A stretch of DNA of 64,000 nucleotides from Lama guanicoe (GCA_013239625.1 MU054001.1:1928151-1992150), one strand, 5' to 3'. Positions 27,181 to 41,100 are shown, numbered from the stretch's first letter. Made by a program: numbers and translations. Notes: generated by a model from the sequence alone, not told the origin.

Positions 27181-29299
27181 GCATTATTTCGGTTATTCTT
27201 TTCACCAACTGTGAGCTAAGTAAGGGAACCCCTATTTTACAGATGAGGAAGAGGAGCTGAGGACAGAGAAGCTATGTGATGTAAGGAGTGGGGGCAGGAC
27301 TTGAACCAGGACTCCATTCTATCCACTCCACAGGGACTTGGTAATATACCTGAGTCTCAGAGCCGGCTCTGTCACTTTTCTTTCGTCAGCAGTAGAGCAT
27401 CTGCTGGGAGAGGAGAGCCCTGTTTCTCCTGCAGTCAGTGGCTGAGGGAGGACCTACTTCACTGGGTGTTCTCTGCCCCCTGTGCCCTCTTCCTAGAAGG
27501 AAAACGCCAATAGAGGAGGAGCTTAGTTAATTCCTGCAGGGCTTAAATTTGATGTCAAGGGCCTGGGGGGCTCCAAATGGCCCATATTTTCTCCTCCTAC
27601 CAGGGATTGAGGCTTCAGTGTCTACCTTTTAAAGTTCGACTCTTTCTTCTGAAGATACTGGAGTCTGGAAAATGCAACTACATCTCAGGCCTCCAGGGCT
27701 TACAACCTGAGCTGCTATCATAGTGACAGCTTTGTAGGAATAAGGGCCTTGAGAGGGGTTGAGGGGACCGGGTGAATGGTGGGGCTGGTAGAGGTGGCAC
27801 TCTGGAAGAGGAAAAGGGTACAGAAAGGGACACCAGAGGATTGGGTAAGCCTCACTTGGTTGAAGGAGCATTATATGATCACCGCTGAAGCCAGGTTATG
27901 GGACCATGAGGGTTTATTCTGTCTACGTGAGTGTATGTTCAAAATTATCCATAGTAATATTTTAAAGTGCAATGCGTAATTTAAAAAACATGTTTTGTGC
28001 CTTTGTCTTTGCAGAACCCTTGACGCCTATCTTGTGCACACCTCACAAATGATCCCTGCCCCCCCGCCCCAGTTTAAAGATGGTAAAACAGGCGCAGAGA
28101 GGCAAAGTCACTTATGCAAGGTGGAAATGAGTTGAACCTGGGCCTTCCAATTCCTATATTCCAAGGTTAACCCAGGGCAGAGGGTAGTAGAGGCAGGTTG
28201 GCAGCCCCTCCTTGACGGGAGCTAACAGGCAAGGATGACAAAGTGAGCCAGTACAGTCCAAGTCCCAGTCTTGCCCAGAGGCAGCCCAGCCTGTGTGTAA
28301 CTGGCGTGGCGCAGACCCCGGCAGGGCCTCAGGGAGTCACTGAGCACACTGTGGAAAGCTCCCAGCCAGCGACTCCACGTGCTCCTTGGTAGTTAAGAAA
28401 ACACTGAATCGAGCCCAGCAGGCTCTGGCCCCAGAGCCGTTCACGGGCATCCTGAGGACTGTTGCCTGAACATCTGGGTCTGATAAAGGAGACCCCACGT
28501 GGGCTTCCCTGCCGCCTTGGCCATGGCTATTTCTGCACGTACCCTTGAAGCTCTGTGCGTGTGGCTGGTCTTTTCTTTTCTTTCCTCCCAAACATATGGA
28601 TTCCCAGCTCCTATTTCAAACTCAAATACTCCTCTGCTATAAACTCCCCAAAGCTCTCAATTTCCTTTTTCCATTGCTCATTCTTTCCTAAAGTGCGTGA
28701 AAAAAAAAAAAAAAGCTCCTCTCTTCTCTCTGTTCCAATTTCCTTATTTATGAAAGAAGGGCAAGGAGAACGGTAATTTCAATGATCAAAGTTAAGCAAG
28801 GCTCGATTCCTTCCTTAGGAGAACACACCTCAACAAGCCGAGAAGTCCCAACTTAGCAGGGACGAGAACAAATCACAGGAAAGCCCTAACTCCCCCTAAA
28901 ACACTCATCCTGCAGGAGGCCTGACACAGTGCCATCTGCTTCCTTTATCTGGCTGCAGCGTCCTCTTTGAAAGTCACTAATGGAATAGAAAGAAGAAAAG
29001 TCACGGGCATGGTTCCCAGAAGGTTACTGCCAAAGTGGGAGTGCGTCATCCGGGAAGGGAAAAGCAGGTCCTGGCCTGCTCCTGAGCCTGCGGCCTTTTA
29101 TCTCTCCACGATGACGGCGACCTACCCCTGAGAAGCAGAAACAGCCCAGTCCTGGGCACACAAACACTGGATAAATCCGCATCAGCAGGGTCAGGGAGGA
29201 AAAGGGACCTAGTGCATCATCAAGAGCCTAGGGGACAGAAGGTCCTCACTAGGGGCTCTCATGTGCCTTCAGGGACCCAGGAGGTAACATAAAAGGCAG

Positions 29300-29585
29300 G
29301 GGACACTGGCTTCAGCCTGGAGGAGCAATGGCCCTGGAGACAGCAAGTCCTCTCTGGAGGGCAGAAGTCACCCACGTCTGGCTGGTCATATTGTGGGAGA
29401 ATATGAGCCTGGTTTTGCCAGATCTTCCATTTTTCCAGAGAAGTGGAGATTCAGATTTTACATGAAGTCTTCTGATTTGGGAAGGGGTTTTGATGACAAA
29501 TTTTGCAAAGGCTGGCATTCTGAGCTAAATAAGACCGAGCTCTGGCAGTCCGAGTTCACCTGAGCACCCCCTGTGGGCAGCCCTG
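29300..29585 (-). mobile_element. MER102-like hAT-Charlie relic
   Basis: TTGCCAGATCTTCCATTTTTCCAGAGAAG...TCAGATTTTA, the reverse of the 10.8-kb element. Confidence 0.55.
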
Positions 29586-29944
29586 ACCCAGGAGCTGGGT
29601 CCTCTCCACCTGCAGTGTGGCAGGCACTCCGGGGGAGGAGGCCAGGACGAGGTCAGATGAAGTCACGGGGCGAAAGGCCTCGCTGGGCACAGGAAGGAGG
29701 GAGGACCGCCTGCTATTCCCGGGCTCATAAAACACTCTAAGACTCCTGTCACTGTGTCATGCTGGATCTGCTGCCAGTTGGGTCCTTACCAACAACCCTC
29801 CCATCCCCTTTAAAAACTTTCCTCCTCCCCCGGGCCAGCTCATGTGGCCAGTTCAGAACTCTTTCTCTGAGTGAGGCAGGTCGACACTGTAGCCTCTGAC
29901 CACTTTCGAGTCAACCTTCAAGACAACTTAAAATTCACCTGCCC

Positions 29945-29982
29945 AGCACAACACTATAAGTCAAATATACTTCAATTAAAAA
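29945..29982 (+). mobile_element. 38-bp 5'-truncated L1 insertion
   Basis: L1 terminus plus poly-A between perfect 15-bp TSDs AAAATTCACCTGCCC (29930-29944, 29983-29997). Confidence 0.85.
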
Positions 29983-30535
29983 AAAATTCACCTGCCCGTT
30001 GAAGATGCAAGTGACACCTTCTTTCTCTCAGGCTCGACACAACCATGACCAGTAACTCTGTGTCCTTAAGGAGCTCTTTTTCTCCCCCTAAAAAATCACA
30101 CTGTGCTCCAAGGACAACATCTGTTCCTCATCTCTGTGAGAGGAAAAATGAAGCATAGAGTTGGGAGCTATTTGCCAAAAGACAGATTTGGGGAGGACCC
30201 TGAATACCTGGCAGAGCCACACACGAAGTTTTTTTTTTTTAAAGTTCAGGTGCCTTCCCAATTTGGACACAGTCAAGGTTAGATGAATTTCCTCACAGTG
30301 GGATGGGGCAGGGATCTAGAGGGCAGATGACAGAAGGTTTTAGACAAAGGTGTGATCATGGGATCTCTTTCCCTGGCATCACCTTTACTCTGCCAGTTAG
30401 ATTCTTTTATTCTTGCAAATCTCTGTAGACAGGGAATGAGAAAGATGAGTGGGAGGAGATGACAAGAGGAGAGTTTTAGAGCAAGGGAAAGTACATTGCA
30501 CAAGCAGCTGCCTGCAGCAGGGTGTGTACGTGAAG

Positions 30536-30536
<1 letters not shown>

Positions 30537-30582
<46 letters not shown>
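30537..30582. repeat. (TG)n microsatellite
   Basis: Direct read. Confidence 0.95.
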
Positions 30583-30739
30583 CGTGAGTGAGTATTTGCA
30601 TGCTTAGTTTGTACGCAAGCCATTTTGGTAGAAGGAGAAGTGTTGTTTCTCTACTTCAGTAAATATAATACCCTCCTAAGAGAACCCTCATGACTCCTGT
30701 CTCTCTCTCTCTCTCTCATCCCATCAACACAGTGCTGCT

Positions 30740-31095
30740 ATTCATCTAATCCGTATATACTCATTGTGCACCTTCTTGGTATCTGGCTCTGTGATTTTCC
30801 CTGAGATTACATCAAAGACCAAGAAAGACACAGTCCTCCTTCTCAGGGGGGCCCCAGTTTAAGAGGGAGGCAGGCAAGTTAATGGGAAGCCGGGTAAGCC
30901 CTCAGATAGGGGAAGTGAAGTGGAGAGCACGTGGAGGAGGAGGACTGACCTACAAGGCAGAGGGAGAGGCGGGGGGAACATTTTCTAGAAGTGAGGTCTA
31001 ATCTGAGATCTGAAGGATGAGCTGGAACTAGACAAGGAAAAGGGAAGGTGAGCATCTCAGGCAGAGGAAACAGCACAGGCAGAGATCTGGAGGTC
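30740..31095 (-). mobile_element. L2 fragment
   Basis: TCTGAGATCTGAAGGATGAG...CAGGCAGAGGAAACAGCACAGGCAGAG, typical antisense L2. Confidence 0.65.
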
Positions 31096-31445
31096 AGATT
31101 CCCCCTAATGCTAGATGACACATGCTGTTTGAGCTAAGGCAACTTCCAACCCAGGGAGGGTTTCAGGAGAGCTCTGGGGCCAAGTACAGGACCGGTATGG
31201 CAGTGGTCATAAACCAACCTTAAAAATCATCCTTCTCAGATTTAATGCTCAGTTAAAAGCATTTAAAATGTCTCCAGGCCTTAGGGTACTTGGAATATAG
31301 GGTGGAGAACTAAGAATTCAGGGTATATTTGAATATAGTCCCTCTTCCTGATAAAGGACACAAACGCTAAGGGTAAAGCATAGAACCTGGGACAAAATGA
31401 CTTTTCAGTTCCAATTTACAACTGAAGACAAAGAACATTAGTACC

Positions 31446-31532
31446 TTTTTTTTAAATGGAGGTACTGGGGATTGAACCCAGGACCTCATGCATGCTAAGC
31501 ACCTGCTCTACTACTGAGCTATACCCTCCCCC
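31446..31532 (-). mobile_element. Vic-1-type tRNA-Ala SINE
   Basis: Reverse tRNA-Ala head; degenerate TSD AACATT(AG/CA)TAC. Confidence 0.9.
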
Positions 31533-32176
31533 AACATTCATACTTTTGTTCTTCTCTCCCCCCTCACAAGCACTCACCTGGTGGGCTAGGCAGAGTGTTA
31601 AGATTTTTTATATATGTATTTTTTTATGGAGGAGGAAACTGAGGCTCAAGGAGGGAGAGTATCCAAGGTCATCAGTTCATTCCTTCCTTGACTCAACAAC
31701 CATCAGCAGAGCATCTGGTGTTGGCATGCATGCACTAGGCACTGCGGATACAGTGGTGAATGACACAAGACAGTCTACTCATTGGAGCCAGGGTTCAAAG
31801 CCATTGCTTCCAATTTCCAGTTCCGTGTCCCTTCTAATACACTGAACTGCAGCTGGATATGCTGTCTCCGGTGCCACGCTCCAGTGGACAGGTGTTCACT
31901 GCCTCAGTCTTTGTCAGCATTACCCAACCCCACCCCTCCACACAAACATACCATAAAAGAAAAACAGCATAGCTGCTTTGCAAATGCATCTTCAAGGCAA
32001 GGTGCAGGCCCAGATTTTCCCTGCAAGTCCCTCCCATATGGAAACTGTACCTACCAAAAGTTGTCAGGGACCGAGTTGTCTTTGAATCACTGGGAAATTT
32101 CCCATTCCACCTCCACCCCCTGAACTAGCCCAAAGCCAGTGCTTTTAAACCCTCACCGTCTAAAAGTCTTCCCTCT

Positions 32177-32267
32177 AGGGAGGAGGATATAGCTCACTGG
32201 TAGAGTGCATGCTTAGCATGCACGAGGTCCTGGGTTCGATCCCCAGTACCCCTATCAAAGACAAAAA
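32177..32267 (+). mobile_element. Vic-1-type tRNA-Ala SINE
   Basis: Perfect 15-bp TSD AAAAGTCTTCCCTCT (32162-32176, 32268-32282). Confidence 0.92.
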
Positions 32268-33599
32268 AAAAGTCTTCCCTCTGAACACTGTCTTATGGAA
32301 GTAGGGATGGGATGAAGGTTTTTTTCCCAAAGCCAAAAAGGAAAGATTGAGAGGGAGGAGAAAGCAGGGAGTGAGCAAGGGACGAGGAGACAACAGACCC
32401 ACTCTGCCTCCCGCCTAATTCTGCCATGAGCTAAAATCCGGCCAAGGTCGGAGATGACTGGCAAAACCCAACCAGACAGACGTCCCTCAGAGATGCTTGG
32501 GAGAGACTGGTGTATCTCCCCAGAGCCTGGGCCATGTTATTTCCTGGGGCGAAGCAAGTCACAAAGGATGAAAGCTGATGACTGAACGTCTGGGGCAGGG
32601 TGGGAGGCCTTGCCAGGAGGTGGGGGTGGAGCGGTGGACAGGGAGGAGGGGTGGAGACTTGGCGGGTTTCACACAGACACATCTCTTCATTTTTCCAGAC
32701 TGGAAAAAGCTGTTTGGGCTGTGCACATTTGCAGAGAGTCACGGTATTTACTACGCTTCCTGGCTCGACAGATTTCTTTCTGTCATTCAGTCAAACGCAG
32801 CTTGTATTTTTCAGGGCCAGAGCTGAACAGACCGTGGAGGCTCTTCCCCCACGTTGTGTTCAAAAACACATCCCAGGTGACTCAAACAGCCCGGCTCACA
32901 TGGGCAGCAGGAGCGGGTGCGGGTAGCGTATTGTAGAGATAAAGACCCATGTTTAGACAAACAGTGTCTTCCCCTTGGAGGGGTTTAATGACGCTCCTAT
33001 TTTCCCAGAGAGCATTGTTTTTTGAGCAGCTGGAAGAACTGCTGTACTAGAAATCGATCCCTGTATTTTGCCTGTGACTCTCGGTTATCCATGTTGATGG
33101 TGGGGGCAGGGCGGGTGGGTAGTTCAGGGGAGTGAGGTCATTTTTAAAAAGTGGTTAATAATAACATAAAAAAATCCTTTCTTGCCAAAATGTGCCTATC
33201 CGGGGAAAGTTGTCTATTGAATCACTGTATATGCCAAGATATTAATTCAATACAACAAACATTAACTGAGCATGTAGTGGGTGCACAGCATGGTGCTACG
33301 GGTGGAAGTACCCAAGATGACCACAACTTTTTTTTTTAAAGAAAACTGAGTGTGAGCCCAAATGGCATTCACAGCCAATGGTGGAATTTCAGGCACCAGG
33401 GGTGAGACAGGTCAGTAAGGAAAGTCTTCTGGGGGTGGGGTTGGGGAGAGCTTTTCCCAAACCCCTTCACATCATAGTCACAGGCTCTTGTATGTGTAAT
33501 GCCAGCCAAACCACTACACTGAAAGCATAGTCATCAAATCTTGCTCAAAACCTCAGAGTCACACTGCCCAGGAGTCAGAGAGTGGGAGCCTGGTCCTCA

Positions 33600-33710
33600 G
33601 AAATGACATAATGACATATTCAGGCAACCTCTGACCTCTCCAGCCAGGGGGAGGGTAAATAAACAGATACCCCTGATGACGCAGATTAGCATCACCTGAT
33701 GCAATGGACT
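33600..33710. promoter_or_regulatory. Candidate enhancer module (FOX + CRE-like + C/EBP-ATF element)
   Basis: GTAAATAAACA at 33655-33665, TGACGCA at 33677-33683 and TGATGCAAT at 33697-33705. Confidence 0.3.
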
Positions 33711-35044
33711 AGCGCCTCCAACCTCGTCCTCTTCTTGGGCTGGCAAAGCACAGAGTCATCTTGCATTAATTTAAGAGAGAAAGGACCCACCCAGGTCCTT
33801 TTGAGCCAGGAGCCATGGGGAGTTAGGAGGGGTGGAGGTGGATGGAGGAAAGCAGGGAAGGGTCTTTAGGGGACCAGAGGAGTCGAGGGAGCTAGGAATT
33901 CTGTATAGTCCAAGTAGACTATGCCAGATGTAGCTCAATTTTTTTTTCTTTTAAAAGACTATTATGGGTTTCCTTTCCGAAGTGGAAATGCAGGGATGGA
34001 AAAATGAGTTTCAGTTGCTATGGAAATAGGAGTTGGCTGGGGCCTGCAGGAGCAGCAGCTGGAGTAGAGCAAGTGGCCAGGAACCTGGCCCTGTGACAGA
34101 GCGGGCTTCTGGCTGGGGGTGAGACAACAGGCTTCAGCAGGAAGGAGGAGGAGGAAAGAAGAGAGAACAGGAGACAGAGATTGTGTCTCCAGACACTGTA
34201 ACCTACGAATTCTGCAGACATTTGGAGCGACACAGAATGGCGTGCATGCATGTGTGTGTGTGTGGGGGGGGGCTGTGTTGTATGGGCATCCCCACAGGCC
34301 AACAAAGTGAGATGCAAAGTAAATCCAATGCCTGAAAGAGAATGGAGTTTCACTGGAGACCCTGAGGTCAGGAAAACCCTAAGACAGTTGAATGACTGAG
34401 AGGAGAAGCCGGCCATTTAGAAACCTTCCAGGAGGTTGGGGGAAATGCCTGAACAGGGACTGGCCCTCACATGGTATGTTCCCTCACCTTTTGTCCTCAC
34501 GTAGCTCCTCAAATTGAAACTGGTGTGGGCCAGAAACAGAGCCGAAAAAATCCCCACAGATTTTTGACTATGGGGTGGGTAAGCTGGTTGCTCTATTTAA
34601 CCTGCACCTCTGGGAGACTGTTTTTGTTCCAGGTAGAAAGTAGCCATGACTCTGGAACTTTGGGATCTTCCAGCCTGAGGCTTTGAAGGGGTCTGGATGT
34701 TCTCAGCATCACATTCTGGGGAGATGCTCTGATTAGGCCTATGGTGACTTCAGGTCTTTGCTGGATCCCTCAGCAGGGCCCACCTGAGGGGCTATTAGGC
34801 TATTCCCACTCCCACCCCCATAAGAGGAACCACCCAGGCCTTTCCCCCCATCATAGTGGGGGTGAGAGGTCAGGGAGACCTCACATTCATGAAAGGACTC
34901 ATATAATCCTGTCACTCTCTCTATACGCTGTCCCTGAGAAACACTGAGAGGATCACATAGTTTAAACTGACCACTATTCTGTATCTTATTTTGTATTTCT
35001 TCATTTTTCAATATATCAGGAGCCTCAAAAAGTGGAAGTTGAGA

Positions 35045-36855
35045 ACAATAAAGAATAAAATACTTAGGACTAAACTTGGCCAGGGAGGTGAAAGACTTGT
35101 TTCACTGAAAACTGCAAAACATTGCTGAAAGAAATTAAAGGAGATACAAATAAATAGAAAAACATCCCATGTTCATGGATTGGAAGACTTAATATTAAGA
35201 TGACAATACTACTCAAAGTGATCTACAGATTAAATGCAATCTCTATTAAGACCCCAATTATATTTTTTGCAGAAATAGAAAAACTCAGACTAAAATTCAT
35301 AAGGAATCTCAAGGAATTCCAAATAGCCAAAACAATTTTGAAAAAGAAGAACAAAACTGGAGGACTCAAACTTTATGATTTCAAAACTTACTACAAAGGT
35401 ACAGTAATCAAAATAGTATGTTTCTGACTATAGGCCTGTAGAATAGGAGAGAGAACCTAGAAATAAACCCTCGCATATACAGTCAAATAATTTTCAACAG
35501 AGTTCCAAAACCATTCAATGCGGAAAGAGCAGTCTTTTTTAACAAATGGTGTCAGGAAAACTGGATATCCACAGGCAAAAGAATGAAGCTAAACCTTCAC
35601 TTCATATTGTACACAAAAATTACCTAGAATGGATCAAAGACTTGAACACAGGATCTAAAACTATAAACTCTTACGAGAAAGCAGAGGAAATATCTCATGA
35701 CATTGGAATTGGCAATGATTTCTTTATGATAACTAAAGCCCGGGCAACAAAAACAAAAATAGGTAAACTGAACTTCATCAAAGTTAAAAACGTGTATGTA
35801 TCAAAGGACACTACTCACAGAGTGAAAAGGCAGAATGGGAGAAAATATTTGCAAATCATACATCTGATAAGAGGTTAATATCCAGAACATACACAGAACT
35901 CCTATAACTCAACAACAACAACATAGGAGAACAAACAACACAACCTGATTCAAAAATGGGCAAAAGGCCTGAAGAGACATTTCTCCAAAGAAGATACACA
36001 AACGAACAATAATCATATGAAAAGATGCTCAACGTCCCTAATCATTAGGGAAATGCAAGTCAAATCCACAATGAGCTCCTATTAGAATGGCCATTACTGA
36101 AAACAAACAAACATACACGCAAACTAACAAAACAAAAAACAAGTGCTGGCAAGGATGTGGGGTTCCCATTAGGAATCTTTGTGCATTGTAGGTGGGAATG
36201 TAAAATAGTGCAGCCGCTGCAGAAAATAGTACACAATTCCTCAAAAAATAAAATATAGAATTACCTTATGATCCACTGTAGAATTAAAAGAATTAAAAGC
36301 AGGGACATTTGTCCACTCATGTTCATAGCAGTATTATTCACAACAGCCAAAAGCTGGAAGCAACCCAATTGTCCATCAACAGACAAATGGATAAACTAAA
36401 TACTGTATATGCATACAACAGAATATTATTCAGCCTTAAAAAGGAAGGAAATCCTGACATTTGCTACATCATGACTGAACCTTAAAGACATTATACTAAG
36501 CAAAATAAGCCAGTCACAAAAGGACAAATATTGAATGATTCCACATACGTGAGGTACCTAGAGCCATCAAAATCATACAGGCAGAAAGCAGAATGGTGGT
36601 TGTCAGAGGCTGGAGGAAGGAGAAAATGGGAAGGAAATCGAAATGAGTTGAACAATTTAAACCTCTTGTTTAATGAGTATGAGTTGCCATTTAGGAAGAT
36701 GAAAAAGTTCTGGATCCAACTGGAGATGGATTGTGGTAATGGCTGGTTGTATAACAACGTATATGTTCTGAATGCCACTGAATTGTACATTACATTCTAA
36801 AATGGTTAAAATGGTAATTTTTATGCCCTGTATATTTTACCATAATTAAAAAAAA
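35045..36855 (+). mobile_element. L1MB-like element: degenerate ORF2 C-terminal region plus 3'UTR
   Basis: ORF 35200-35427 ([15 protein letters not shown]...FFAEIEK...[18 protein letters not shown]) is recognisable L1 ORF2p. Frameshifts and stops throughout. Confidence 0.92.
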
Positions 36856-37837
36856 TATATATATATATGTAAATGGAAGTGACCTTGGGTCAGCATCTTG
36901 ACCTCTGAGAAGCCCAGTAAGGTTCCCAGTAAGCCCAGTAAGACCGATGAAATGGCCTTTTCCCTACTTCCTTTGTTTGTCAAAACTTACCCCAGGTGCA
37001 AACAAGACCATGGGCTGGTGTGAGGGGCCCAGCGTGTGCAGGTGGGACAGAAAGATGAATAAAGATGGGGATCACTGAGGGGACGATGGGACTCCTTGCT
37101 TTGAGGCAGGATCTAAAGTGACCAGGGCCAGCAGGCAGGAGTGGGCACGGCAGGGCTCTGGCAGTTCAGAGAGGGGCGGAGGGGACTTCTTGCTTGGCTG
37201 CTGCGCGGTTTCGCAGAGGAAGTGGTGTTTGAGGCAGGTTTGAGGGAGTGAGGATGTGCAGATGTGTGAACTGGTGGAGGGCACGCTAGGTGGGTCGTTT
37301 GTTTGCCTGGCGTGTGCTGTGACTGAGAGGCAGAAGTTGGGAGAGAATCCTCAGCAGGAGGGGAGGTGACGGGGTAACAGGGACCTGTGCAGGAACTTCT
37401 GCCACACCAGCCTGTCATCTTGGTGGGTAAGGACCAGAAAGGCACACTCGGCCTTGATTTGTAACCTTCTGGAGCCAGATCCAGGCAGAATGTGAATGCC
37501 AAACAATCATAACTTCTGTTGACAGAGGACTTACCAAGTGTATCTTACTCAATAACCCTAAATGGCGGTCTCAGCTCCATCCCCACCTGGGAAAACTGAG
37601 GCCCAAGTGGTAAAGCAAATACCAAGACCAGTGGGGAAAGGGCCGTCTTTTTAACAGCCAGTAAGTGGCAGGGCTGGCGTGTGAACCCAGGCCTACACGG
37701 GTCTCAAACTCTAAAACGTGTAAGAAAGGGCTCGGGAGCTAGTTTGAAAGCACAAATTCCATTCCCAGCAGCCAAAGCTGGGGTAATTTGAGCAAAAACA
37801 CAAATAAAGTAGAACTGGATCACAGCCCAGGTGAAAA

Positions 37838-38745
37838 ATAAAATCCATGAGCCCACACTGTCACAAAAGATAGGAAAAAACAATAAATGGGAGAGAAGAG
37901 CCCAATCTCCCATGCAGAATTCTAAATAAATGATGTAGACAGATTATCTTAAAGAAGATAGAACCACCCCCCCACTCCCTTAAGCATGGGCTGCGCGAAG
38001 TGACTTCCTTTCAAGAGTGGAGTATGAATGGGGGGAAGCAGAGTAACTTTACAGTGAAGAAACCTGACAAACACAACCCAAGCCAGGTGATCCAGGGAGA
38101 GTAACAGTGGTAAGTCATATGATGTTATGAACGCTTCATGGGATACGATGAAAATGGCACTTAGGAGGGGAGGGCATAGCTCAGTGGTAGAGCGCATGCT
38201 TAGCACACACGAGGTCCTGGGTTCAATCTCCAGTACCTCCATTAGAAAAAAAAATTAATTAATTAAAAATCTTTTTAAAGCTTTAAAAGAAAAAAAAAGG
38301 CACTTTATTTCTGTGATCTTCTTCTCCAAAACCCATACCCCCTAGTCCAATCATGAGAAAAATATCACACAAGTTCCAATAGAGGGGTATTCTACAGTAT
38401 ACATAACTGGTACCCCTCAAAACTGTCAAGGTCATCAAAAACAGGATTTCTGAAACATTGTCAGCCAACAAGAGCCTAAGGAGACATGACAACTAAAGGT
38501 AATGTAGGATACTGGACGAGATCCTGGAAAAGAGAAAGGACATTAGGTAAACACTCCGAAAAACTGAATAAACTATGGACTTTGGTTATTAATAATGTGT
38601 CAGCATTGGTTTGTTAATGATAACAAACATACTCAAGGTTAACAAACGGTTAATAGTAGGGGAACCTGGGTGTGGCGTATATGGGAACTGTCTGCACTAT
38701 CCCCTCAATTTCTCTGTAAATCTAAACCGTTCTTAAAAAAAAAAA
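37838..38745 (+). mobile_element. L1MC-like 3'UTR interrupted by a Vic-1-type SINE
   Basis: AATAAATCCATGAGCCCACACTG...CTCAAAACTGTCAAGGTCATCAAAAACAGG...TTTCTCTGTAAATCTAAA + A-tail. Confidence 0.8.
38163..38293 (+). mobile_element. Vic-1-type tRNA-Ala SINE
   Basis: TSD AAAA(T/A)GGCACTT (38151-38162, 38294-38305). Confidence 0.9.
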
Positions 38746-40857
38746 AGTCTATTAAAAACAAACAAATTCCTGGGTTGACCCTCAGAACCCTGGCCTTCTG
38801 GAGCACATTTGCACAGATGTAATGGAGCTGTGAACAAAGCCAGGCCCACGGCTTGCCTGTTGACAGACTTGAAGAGAAGCAGCAGATACAGCAATATCTG
38901 CAGGGAGGGAAGCAGTTTACACCAAGGACACTGCATGCTTTGCCTCCATACGACTCCCTGTGGTTAGAGACGGTGCCTCTCGTGAGGCATCAGACTGGCA
39001 GCTTTCCTAATGTGAGAACTGACTCTCCCCTGTCAGATGGGGCCATCCCTGAGGGCAGGGCCCACTTCTCCTCTTGAGGAGCTCACGGAGGCCTTTCTCA
39101 TAGGCCTCAAGTACCACAAATTCTCTGTCTGCATTTTATCTTCCTTTAAGGTAAATCAAGGTTCTTCCTAGGGGCAGGAAAAGAGGTTATATACAAAATG
39201 TACATCTTTAAAGGCTGGCAAAAGGTCTGCTTGCTCTGAAATAACAGGACTCCTAACTCTTTGGAGAAGCATAAACAATGCTCAGAAGCAGCAAACTCAA
39301 TAATTTGTCGGATTTAGTGCCTTAAGCCTCCTCTCCTGCCCCATCCCTCTTCAACACCCCTTGTACCCCAGGCCCCAGGCGTAGACAAGTGATAACTGTA
39401 GTAACAGTTTAAAACTGTGATGCTGCGGATTCTACAGTGGAACAAAACTCAACATCCCAGGACGCTGCTTCTTGGTTGCAGGAAGTTGTTACTGGGAGGT
39501 ACACAGCAAATCTCCCTGAAATGTGGGGAGGATATATCAGTAGAATGCACATAAAATGTCTGTGATCACTGATCTGCAAAAGTTCCTAAGGACAGGACAG
39601 GATGTGCCTCTGGACAAAGCAGGAAGAGCAAGGCCTGGAAATGAAATCAAGATTTGACAACAGCAGGGGGCGGGGGTGGGGTGGGGTGGGAGGCCAATTG
39701 TATTAACATAAGCTGAAGGAATATTAGGTAGAGAGAAATGGTGAGGAGCTCAGGAAAAGCAGTAAGACTTCAAGAGCAAGTCGTTGAGAGTCTATCTTGT
39801 CTGTCACAGAGTAGTGGGAGTTCTGGAAACCCTGGAGCATTAAACGCAGATCAGAGCCTCCCAGAATTCTCCCTGGATGAGGATCAGAAGGTTGGTCCAG
39901 GGAGCAGCAGGAAGGCAAGGATTTGGTAATCGATTAGTTATGTCTGTCCCATGGAAGCCAGGGATGGGGATCAGACCAGCAGCGGTGCCCTCTGGACCCC
40001 GGTACCCCTCAGAGGATACAAGTATCTCAGGCCATCCTGACATTAAAATCATCCATCTTGCTCACCTTGTTTTGATTCCATGAATACCACCGTTCTAACT
40101 AGAATTTGGCGACCCATGTGACCTCCCAACAGGGGAAAGCATGTGCTGACAGGCTGACATGAGTTTTCAGATGGCTTCACTCTGCTTGTTCCATTGTGAT
40201 TTAATATGTTTGTGGTCTGGCTTCCTCAGCAGGCTGCTGTGAATTTGGTTAGTTTGTCCCTTTCAGCCTGATTAGCTCCATGTGCACTACAGGAGCTCCA
40301 TCTTGACCTGCAAAGGAGCATCCCCAGCCTCTGGCCCCTTCATGCCAGCCCTGCGGGGCTCTCCTCTTGATGTCATTAGCCAGCTGCTCTTTGCCACGTC
40401 AGTCATCCCAACCACAGTCATCTACTCTAAATCCAGAATGAGTGGTGGGAGGACTGCAAGAAAAAAGGGCTACAGCCACCAAAATAACTTTATAAGTCCT
40501 GTTGAATAAAAAAAATAAAAAAGGAAGAAAGAGACCCTGTGCTTGGAGGAAGAAGCCAAGAACACGCCATAAAGAACAAGCAGGAGGAACTGGCAAGGTA
40601 TAATTGAGAGCAAGGAAGACCCCAGAGGGCCAGTGGGTCCCTGTCATCAACTCTCTGAAGGACGGCAGTGGGGAAAAGGGGACAGGTTTGTTCTCTGGGG
40701 CTCCAGAAGAAAGTATGACAACCAAGGGTGGCAGATACAGGGAGACAGATTTTGGCTAGATAGAAAAGAGAAATCCTTCATGGCAGCTTTCCCCTAATAT
40801 CAGTAATTCAAGTGTCATCATTACTTTTTTTTTCTTTCTTTTGTCAAATATGTGAGA

Positions 40858-41100
40858 AGCAGTGTAATCCTGCAACTAGGAACACACACAGGAGCAGGGT
40901 GCCTGGGTTCATTTTCTAGTTCTGTCACTTACTAGCTATATAATTTTGGGCAAGTTACTTTACTTTCCTATGCCTGTTTTCTCTGCTAATAACAGTACTA
41001 CCTCAAATAGTATTTAACTCATGTGATTGTGGTGAGGATTAATTAAATTACACATGCAAAGTGCTTAGAATACTGCTCAACACACAGGATGTGCTAAGTG
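40858..41100 (+). mobile_element. MIR
   Basis: GCCTGGGTTC...TCACTTACTAGCT...GGGCAAGTTACTT...AAAGTGCTTAGAA. Confidence 0.75.

Noticed and set aside
35200..35878. ORFs resembling reverse-transcriptase-associated protein
   Set aside because: Broken fragments of L1 ORF2, not a host gene or an active element.
39738..39929. 63-aa ATG ORF (MVRSSGK...)
   Set aside because: No promoter signals, no recognised homology or motif; cannot be supported.
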